Source: Acidobacteriota bacterium (GTDB lineage: Bacteria > Acidobacteriota > UBA6911 > RPQK01 > JAJDTT01). From it: 64,000 nt of DNA. Position 1 is the first letter of the stretch. The number at the start of each line of letters is the position of its first letter. The notes beneath the pieces were generated by a model. The model was not told the DNA's origin, ran no database searches, and saw only the letters and a program-made list of their open reading frames with translations. The stretch covers positions 1,504,001-1,568,000 of the forward strand of contig OZ242374.1 of NCBI GenBank assembly GCA_965209055.1, read 5' to 3'. Positions 18,231 to 24,623 of this stretch are shown piece after piece. A program made the translations under genes and the position numbers.

Positions 18231-19817
18231 TTATCGGACACGTTTCGAGGCGTCCGCCACCTGGAACGCCCAGATGGTCGCGTCCCGGAACAGGAACCGC
18301 AGGCGGACGGCGTTGCCCCTGAGGGAGGCGAGGGAACGGCCCTTCCACGTCACCCGGTGGGCCAGCCCGTCCCCCCGGATCACGTCGCAGTCCTCGCGCC
18401 GGAAGCCGTCCAGCTTCTGCTCGGCGGCGCCGATGTAGTGGCTCATGTGGACCTTCTTCCCGGTGTCGAACTGCCTCCCCGTGGGTTCTACGATCTCGAC
18501 CCGGAGTTCGCCGCCGACCTGGGCGTTGACGAGCAACTCGTCCCCCTCCACCACGATCGGCCGGGTCAGAAAGGCCCCTTTCCCCTCCAGCCGCTCCCGG
18601 GTGCGGAGACCCATGAGCCGGTCCTTCGGCACCCATCCCAACCCGATCCGGATCTGGCGCCGGTCCACGGGCACGTTTTTGGAACCATGGTTGTAGCGGG
18701 CGCCGGCGTAGTAGAAGAGCATCTTCTCCCCGTGCACGATCATGGAGGGCCACCAGATGATCCGGTCGTCCCAGCTCCCCTCTTCCCCTTGGGGAATGAA
18801 TGCCTCCTTGGGAAAGGGATGGTCCCAGCGATACCCGTCCCGGCTGACGATCAGGTGCTGCTCCACGTCTCCCCTCACGTAGTTGTCCAGCATGGAGGGG
18901 AGCCCCAGGTAGACTCCTTGGTAGCGGATCACCTGCATGCTCTCCACTTCGGGCCAACGTTCGCTCATGGGATGGAACACCGTCTGCCGCGGAGACCATT
19001 TCACCAGGTCCGGACTCTCCTGGCGGACGATGTAGCGGGGACCGGTGCCGGTCTCGGGATCCGCCTTCTCCGTCAGTTGCCGATGAAACAGCACGTATTT
19101 CTCCAGGTTCTCGTCCCAGACGATGCTGGGATTCCCGCCCCCGCCTCCGCCTCGAAGGCCGCCGGGCATCTGGTGCCAGGTGAGGCCGTCGGCGCTGTAG
19201 GCCATCCCGTTCCAGCCTCCGAATTTGCCCCCGTCCCGGTGGTAGGGAGGAACCCCGCAGGTGAGGAACCGGCGTTCCGGCGGCCGTTCTCTCGGGTCCT
19301 GGATCAGCCGGATGGCGCCGGCAAGGGGACGGTGCCCCAGATGGTCCGAGTGGCGCAGGACGTTGTTGCGCATGGTTCCCTGGTAGCGGACCAGTCCCAG
19401 GTCCGGCTTCACCCAGGTCACGCCGTCCTCGCTCTCGGCGTAGGCGGCCACGTTGCCGCCGGTGTGCTGCTCGATCTGGTACCAGATCTTGAACTTCCGG
19501 TCCTGGGGATCGTAGATGGCGGTGCCGAGCTGGATTCCCCAGCTCTTCCGGGCCGTTTCCTCCCAGGGGGCATCCGCCTCCATCAGTGGGTTCGCGGGAT
19601 GTTTCCGGAGCACGGCCTGAACCCGCTTCACGTTGTACCAGGCGGCGAGCACGTGGTTGTCCACCAGAAGCTGCTTCCGGTTGCCGATCTGCAGCGGGGG
19701 TTCCGATTCCAATGGCCCCAAGTGGACATGGGGAGATCCGGAGTCCTGCTGGGCAGCCGTATTCGACGTCGCCAGAAGCGCAAACGCCGTCACCAAGGCG
19801 AGAGTTTTCAGTTTCAT
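18231..19817 (-). CDS. Secreted five-bladed beta-propeller glycoside-hydrolase-like protein
   Basis: Signal peptide MKLKTLALV...AAQ; KHPANPLM, AYAESEDGVTW, SADGLTW, SPDLVKW and SRDGYRW Asp-box repeats; WDD. Confidence 0.7.
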   Translation of the reverse strand: MKLKTLALVTAFALLATSNTAAQQDSGSPHVHLGPLESEPPLQIGNRKQLLVDNHVLAAWYNVKRVQAVLRKHPANPLMEADAPWEETARKSWGIQLGTAIYDPQDRKFKIWYQIEQHTGGNVAAYAESEDGVTWVKPDLGLVRYQGTMRNNVLRHSDHLGHRPLAGAIRLIQDPRERPPERRFLTCGVPPYHRDGGKFGGWNGMAYSADGLTWHQMPGGLRGGGGGGNPSIVWDENLEKYVLFHRQLTEKADPETGTGPRYIVRQESPDLVKWSPRQTVFHPMSERWPEVESMQVIRYQGVYLGLPSMLDNYVRGDVEQHLIVSRDGYRWDHPFPKEAFIPQGEEGSWDDRIIWWPSMIVHGEKMLFYYAGARYNHGSKNVPVDRRQIRIGLGWVPKDRLMGLRTRERLEGKGAFLTRPIVVEGDELLVNAQVGGELRVEIVEPTGRQFDTGKKVHMSHYIGAAEQKLDGFRREDCDVIRGDGLAHRVTWKGRSLASLRGNAVRLRFLFRDATIWAFQVADASKRVR

Positions 19818-19870
19818 GTTGAAAGCAGGCCTTTCCGGTGGGAATGGGGTTCGCCGGATCGGGAAAACGG

Positions 19871-20152
19871 TCAAATGTCGTAAACGGTCACGTTCCCTTT
19901 GATGTCCACCCTGACGAACTCCTTGGATTCCTTGTGGAATGAGATATCGAGCATCCAGATGATGGCCCACAGGCCGATGGTGAAGAAACTGAGCATGAGA
20001 TGAAGGATGTGATTCACCGGGGTGCCGTCGGCGACAATGGCCTGGTAGTCGCCTTGGAAAACGATCCTCTTGCCCTCTTCCTGCATAACGGCCAACTGTT
20101 GCGCCAGAAGGCGTCTTCGCGCGGCAGGTTTCAGGTTCTCACTCTTGCTCAC
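19871..20152 (-). CDS. Small membrane protein with an NHILHL...GLW motif
   Basis: GTG start after AAGGAG; VNHILHLMLSFFTIGLWAIIW. Confidence 0.65.
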   Translation of the reverse strand: MSKSENLKPAARRRLLAQQLAVMQEEGKRIVFQGDYQAIVADGTPVNHILHLMLSFFTIGLWAIIWMLDISFHKESKEFVRVDIKGNVTVYDI

Positions 20153-20297
20153 TCTGAATCTCCTTGCGGCCAGGATAGTTTTCGGTTGCCGGCGTAGCCA
20201 CCCACGGAGATCTGACGTCATTCTCTCGAAAATGTGCCCGGTCCGCCAGCCGAATGGCGTGGCGGCGCCGGCGGCGGGCTGATATAACACACCAGAC

Positions 20298-21083
20298 ATG
20301 TCACAAGCGGTTGCGACATTGTGGCGCCGGGAGGTCCTTCGCTTTTATCGCCAACGGGGCCGGCTGGTCGGCGCCTTGGGCACTCCCCTGGTCTTCTGGA
20401 TCCTCATCGGATCGGGAGTCGGCGAATCCTTTCGTCCGGCGGCGGCGCCCGATGACCTCCACTACCTGGTCTATTTCTATCCCGGGACCATTCTGCTGAT
20501 GCTCCTGTTTACGGCCATCTTCTCAACCATTTCTCTGATCGAAGATCGCCGTGAAGGATTCCTGCTCTCGGTCCTGGTGTCGCCGGTCTCCCGGGCCGGC
20601 GTGGTCTTGGGCAAGATCCTGGGAGGGGCGACCCTGGCTTTCCTGCAGGGTCTCCTCTTTCTGCTTCTGGCGCCGCTGGCGGGTATTTCCCTCGGCCTGG
20701 AACAGATCTTGTGGATGATGGCCGTCATGGCCCTGATCGCCCTCTCCCTGACCGGCCTGGGCTTCGTCATCGCCTGGCAGAGCGAGTCGATTCAAGGCTT
20801 TCACGCCGTCATGAACCTGATGCTGGTTCCCATGTGGATCCTCTCGGGCGCCCTCTTCCCCTTCTCGGGGGCGTCGTCCTGGATCCAGTACCTGATGCGG
20901 ATCAACCCCCTCAGCTACGAGGTGTCGCTGCTCTGGCATGCTCTCCACTCGGAGGTTCCCACCCTGGGAATCCGTCTCCCCTCCTTCACCGCGTCCCTGG
21001 CCGTGACGCTGCTCTTCGTTCTGGTGGTCTTCGGCGTCTCCCTGTGGCTGGTCCGCCGGCCCGGGCTGCGAGGCCTGGCCTGA
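20298..21083 (+). CDS. ABC-2 type transporter permease
   Basis: Six TM helices; EDRREGFL, SPVSR, GKILGG, SGALFP, NPLSY. Confidence 0.92.
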   Translation: MSQAVATLWRREVLRFYRQRGRLVGALGTPLVFWILIGSGVGESFRPAAAPDDLHYLVYFYPGTILLMLLFTAIFSTISLIEDRREGFLLSVLVSPVSRAGVVLGKILGGATLAFLQGLLFLLLAPLAGISLGLEQILWMMAVMALIALSLTGLGFVIAWQSESIQGFHAVMNLMLVPMWILSGALFPFSGASSWIQYLMRINPLSYEVSLLWHALHSEVPTLGIRLPSFTASLAVTLLFVLVVFGVSLWLVRRPGLRGLA

Positions 21084-21505
21084 TGAACATTTCGGACCTG
21101 CCGGCGCTCAACGCCGGTCTCAACGCCCTCAGCGGCACTTTGTTGGGGGTGGGGTATGCCATGATTTGCCGGGGCCGGGTGAGGGCGCACAAGGCCTTCA
21201 TGGTGGCCGCGGTAGGCGTCTCGACGCTGTTTCTGGTCTCCTATGTCATCTACCACTATCATTCCGGGTCCACCCGGTTTCCCGGGACGGGCTGGATCCG
21301 GACCCTGTATCTGTCGATTCTGGTGACCCACGCGGTACTGGCGGCGGCGGTGATCCCACTGGCGGCCGTGACCCTGGTCCGGGCATGGCGGGAGGATTTC
21401 GCGGCCCACCGGAGCATCGCACGTTGGACGCTGCCCATCTGGTTCTATGTCTCCGTCACCGGCGTGATCATCTACGTCATGCTCTATCAGCTCTATGCCC
21501 GATAA
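21083..21505 (+). CDS. DUF420 family membrane protein (oxidase assembly associated)
   Basis: LPALNAGLN, HKAFM, FLVSYVIYH, HRSIARWTLPIWFYVSVTG; TGATG coupling. Confidence 0.9.
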   Translation: MNISDLPALNAGLNALSGTLLGVGYAMICRGRVRAHKAFMVAAVGVSTLFLVSYVIYHYHSGSTRFPGTGWIRTLYLSILVTHAVLAAAVIPLAAVTLVRAWREDFAAHRSIARWTLPIWFYVSVTGVIIYVMLYQLYAR

Positions 21506-22382
21506 GGGATCCGGCGCCGGCAAAGTTTCCCTGAAGACCCATCTTCTCGTGTTCGCGTCCCTGTTGGCCCTCGTCCTGGTTCCAGGAATGTTCTGGCACG
21601 ATGTCTGGTTCGGACGCGCCCTCGACGACGCCGAGCTGGAGGCGTATCTCAACGACGAGACCAGTGCCAGGCGGATGCAGCATGGATTGGCCCAATTGGG
21701 AGAAAGGATGGGCAGAGGAGACCCGGAAGCGCGGAGATGGTACCCGAGGGTGATGGAGCTGGCGGGACATCAGCAGGCGGAAATCCGGAACCTCTCCGCT
21801 TGGCTCATGGGACAGGATGCCTCGGCGGAGGCCTTCCGCCTGAGCTTGGGTGAGCTTCTGAAAGACTCCAACCCCCTGGTTCGCCGGAACGCCGCCCTTT
21901 CCCTGGTCCGTTTCGGCGATGGCCGGGGACGGCCCGAGTTGCGGTCCATGCTCCGGCCCTGGGTCGTGGAGAGTCCCCGGGCGGGACAACTCCGTCTGCT
22001 GGTGGAGGAGGGCGACGAGGTCCGGAGCGGATCCCCGGTGGCGGAGATCGGGGAGGGGGAAACGTCCGTGGCCGTCCAGGTCCCCGTTGCCGGGACAGCG
22101 GCGAATCTGGCCGAGGACGGACAGGAGGTCGATGCGGGCGCCGAATTGATGGTCTTGTTGCCGGATCCGGTGCATCTCTGGGAGGCGCTCCGGGCCCTCT
22201 ACCTGGTGGGAACGGAGGAGGATCTGGAACTGGTCGAACTCTATCTGGACGACGGCGAGGAGAACGAGAGCATTCGCAGCCAGGCGCAACTCACCCGCGA
22301 AGCGATTCTCAAGAGGTCAATCCGGCGGGAGGAAAAGATTTCCGAGAGCGGGACGGGGGATCAGAAGGGCAGCGACCCGTGA
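21495..22382 (+). CDS. Membrane-anchored HEAT-repeat protein with an inserted biotinyl/lipoyl-like domain
   Basis: N-terminal TM helix; LLKDSNPLVRRNAALSL; SPRAG...VEEGDEV...VPVAG...GQEVDAG. Confidence 0.7.
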   Translation: MPDKGSGAGKVSLKTHLLVFASLLALVLVPGMFWHDVWFGRALDDAELEAYLNDETSARRMQHGLAQLGERMGRGDPEARRWYPRVMELAGHQQAEIRNLSAWLMGQDASAEAFRLSLGELLKDSNPLVRRNAALSLVRFGDGRGRPELRSMLRPWVVESPRAGQLRLLVEEGDEVRSGSPVAEIGEGETSVAVQVPVAGTAANLAEDGQEVDAGAELMVLLPDPVHLWEALRALYLVGTEEDLELVELYLDDGEENESIRSQAQLTREAILKRSIRREEKISESGTGDQKGSDP

Positions 22383-22714
22383 CTGCCTTCGTAGCTCTTG
22401 ATCGCCACCATGTCGATGGCGTCCCAGGGACATCCGTCCAGGAAGGTCCCTTCCGGGCCCTTGCTGGTGCAGAGTTTGCAGCCGATGCAGAGCAGGGGAT
22501 CGACCTCGATCCGGCCGAATGGCGAATCGTCGTCGTCCGGGATCCAGATCATGCAGTTCTCGATGGGGCAGTAGTCCACGCAGGCCGGAGAGCCGGAACA
22601 GCCGGTGCAGCAGTCGTTGATGACGGCAACCAGCGCCGGCTTCCGCTTCCGCTTGTCGTTGCGCTTGACGGTGCTGCTGTCTTTCAGAACGTCGACTTGC
22701 ATTGTCGAAACCAT
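22361..22714 (-). CDS. Dicluster [4Fe-4S] ferredoxin
   Basis: CTGC-x5-C-x3-CP and CIGCKLC-x12-CPWDAI. Confidence 0.88.
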   Translation of the reverse strand: MVSTMQVDVLKDSSTVKRNDKRKRKPALVAVINDCCTGCSGSPACVDYCPIENCMIWIPDDDDSPFGRIEVDPLLCIGCKLCTSKGPEGTFLDGCPWDAIDMVAIKSYEGSHGSLPF

Positions 22715-22718
22715 TATC

Positions 22719-23183
22719 TCATTTGGCCCGGCGGCGTTTCAACGGCCGGCGCCGTTTCGCCGGCCGGCGGCGTTTCACCCTGGGCCTGGATTTGGGGGGA
22801 GGCGCCACGTCGGGACCGAACCAGGCGACCTCGTAGTCGGGAAATGCCGCTTTGAAGGTCTGGGCCAGGGATTCCCGATCCGGGTCCGCGCCGTATGCCG
22901 TGTTCTTGCCGAACAGAGTGAGAGTCCCGTAGTAGGGATTGCGTGCCAGCGATCCTCCGCCCTGAACCGTGAACTCTCCGCCCGCCTCCAGGAAACCCGC
23001 ATCCTCCAGGTCCTGCCGGGTCCAGCGGATCAGGGCTTCTTCGCTGTCCACGCCGGAACTGATGTAGTTGGAGGCCCGGGCGATCCTCTTGGTTGCCCCC
23101 TCCAACTGCAGGGAGAAGACCAGGTACTGGAAGACGACACCGTCGCCCAGCAGTTCGACGTCGCGGATCTGCTCCAGCGCCAT
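22719..23183 (-). CDS. Janus/Ocnus (PHPT1-like) fold protein with a basic C-terminal tail
   Basis: LEQIRDVELLGDGVVFQYLV, KRIAR, QGGG, LFGKNTAYG and FPDYEVAW follow the order of PHPT1 motifs. ATG at 23183 follows AGGA. Confidence 0.72.
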   Translation of the reverse strand: MALEQIRDVELLGDGVVFQYLVFSLQLEGATKRIARASNYISSGVDSEEALIRWTRQDLEDAGFLEAGGEFTVQGGGSLARNPYYGTLTLFGKNTAYGADPDRESLAQTFKAAFPDYEVAWFGPDVAPPPKSRPRVKRRRPAKRRRPLKRRRAK

Positions 23184-23194
23184 GGCGAATCGTC

Positions 23195-23350
23195 CTAAAT
23201 GGCGATCATTGCGATGGCCATGCCGGCCAGGAGCAACACGACCCCACCCCGGTGCGCCAGGGTGGCGAGGCGGCCGGTTCTGCTCGACAAGCCCACCACG
23301 GTCATAATCAACGTACCCGCCAACAAGAGCCCCAAACTCAACCAGATCAC
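23195..23350 (-). CDS. Small two-TM hypothetical protein
   Basis: GTG start after GGGAGAGG; two hydrophobic segments; ends 11 nt upstream of the next gene. Confidence 0.55.
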   Translation of the reverse strand: MIWLSLGLLLAGTLIMTVVGLSSRTGRLATLAHRGGVVLLLAGMAIAMIAI

Positions 23351-23479
23351 TTCGGTTCCTCTCCCGTTCCGTTCGCCCAATTGGTATAGATCTTTCCGCC
23401 CCAATTGTCAAAGAAAGCTCCCCCAAAGAACGGCGAGCGGGGTCGCACGGGACCAGCCGGGGAGAAGCACCGCCGCCGG

Positions 23480-23728
23480 CTAGACGGCCCGCTTGGCACG
23501 GCGCTTGCGTCGAACGGCGCGGGCGCGAATCGGGGCTTGGTGTTTGAGCTTCGGTTGAACGACATTCGTGTCCTGTTGATACCGGGCCTTCGTCGCTGCA
23601 TAGATTTGATTCCAGCAGGAGGAACAGGTGTCCAGGTGCAGGAGGAATTCCAGCTTGTCATCCAGGTTCAGGGTGTTGCCCAGGAAGCCCGAGATTCGCT
23701 TCCGGTCGCACCCGCCAAAGGTGTTCAT
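23480..23728 (-). CDS. Stand-alone zf-HC2 (ZAS anti-sigma-like) protein
   Basis: C...FLLHLDTCSSCW (HxxxCxxC); AGGAG RBS; Arg-rich tail. Confidence 0.72.
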   Translation of the reverse strand: MNTFGGCDRKRISGFLGNTLNLDDKLEFLLHLDTCSSCWNQIYAATKARYQQDTNVVQPKLKHQAPIRARAVRRKRRAKRAV

Positions 23729-23897
23729 GATCGTCTCCTATTGTTGTTGGTGAAATTGGCGGAAAGTCGCCTTTGTCCTGCGGTTCAATAACAAAGACAA
23801 CATTTGGACCCAAATGGTTTCAAAGAATTTTGCAACGGGACCGGCGTGCCGCGACAAATTGCGCGCGGAAAACGGGGTCTGATATCGTGAGCCGGCC

Positions 23898-24458
23898 ATG
23901 ATCAACGCCACCCAGATCCGAAAAGGAATGATCATCATCCATCTGAACGAGCCCCACCGCGTGCGTGAGTCCAAACACCGGGCGCCCGGCAAGGGGGCCG
24001 CTTTTGTCCGGGTCCTGCTGAAGAATCTACGGACCGGAGCTTCGTACGAACATCGCTTCGCCTCCGGAGAAGCCGTGGACCGCGCGACGCTGGACCACCG
24101 CGAAATGGAGTTCCTCTACCGGGACGGGAACGTCTGCCATTTCATGGACACAGAAAACTATGAGCAGATCGGACTGGACCGCGAGGCGTTGGCCGAAAGC
24201 TGGGACTATCTCAAGGAGGGCCAGACCATCACGGTGGAATTCTTCGACGGCAACCCCATCGGCGTGGAGCTTCCCTCCACAGTCGAGTTGAAGGTAGTGG
24301 AGACGGAAGCCGAACTCAGGGGAGCCACCGCCAGCAACTCGCCGAAACCGGCCAAGCTGGAGACCGGCGTCACGGTCCAGGTGCCGCCATTCATCCGCGT
24401 GGGCGAGTTGATTCGCGTCGACCCTTCCCAAGGCCGTTACATTGAACGCGCCCGGTAG
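23898..24458 (+). CDS. efp: Elongation factor P
   Basis: HRAPGKGAAFVR, FMDTENYEQ, KPAKLETG, VPPFI. Confidence 0.97.
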   Translation: MINATQIRKGMIIIHLNEPHRVRESKHRAPGKGAAFVRVLLKNLRTGASYEHRFASGEAVDRATLDHREMEFLYRDGNVCHFMDTENYEQIGLDREALAESWDYLKEGQTITVEFFDGNPIGVELPSTVELKVVETEAELRGATASNSPKPAKLETGVTVQVPPFIRVGELIRVDPSQGRYIERAR

Positions 24459-24586
24459 GAGGGGCGGCTTTCCTGTCGCCCGCTCCTCCAATTCACTACG
24501 TGATTCGGCCAGCGGTCGGAAAGTGTACAGGGGGGACTGCCGTCCCCCCTAACCCCCCCTGGTCGGCGGTTGGAAACCGCCGCTCC
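24458..24586. repeat. Cluster of REP-like hairpins after efp
   Basis: GGAGGGGCGGCTTTCCTGTCGCCCGCTCC (24458-24486), AGGGGGGAC-TGCC-GTCCCCCCT (24529-24550), and TCGGCGGTTGGAAACCGCCGCTCC (24563-24586, identical to 54327-54350). Confidence 0.78.
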
Positions 24587-24623
24587 ATGCAACCGGGTCA
24601 GTCCCCCGGAGTAAATTGGACCT

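Noticed and set aside
23740-23870. Possible sigma54 promoter or c-di-GMP riboswitch in the zf-HC2/efp gap
   Set aside because: GGCACG and TTGCA are 9 nt apart rather than 4, and the GAAA tetraloop/receptor pattern of the riboswitch is absent.
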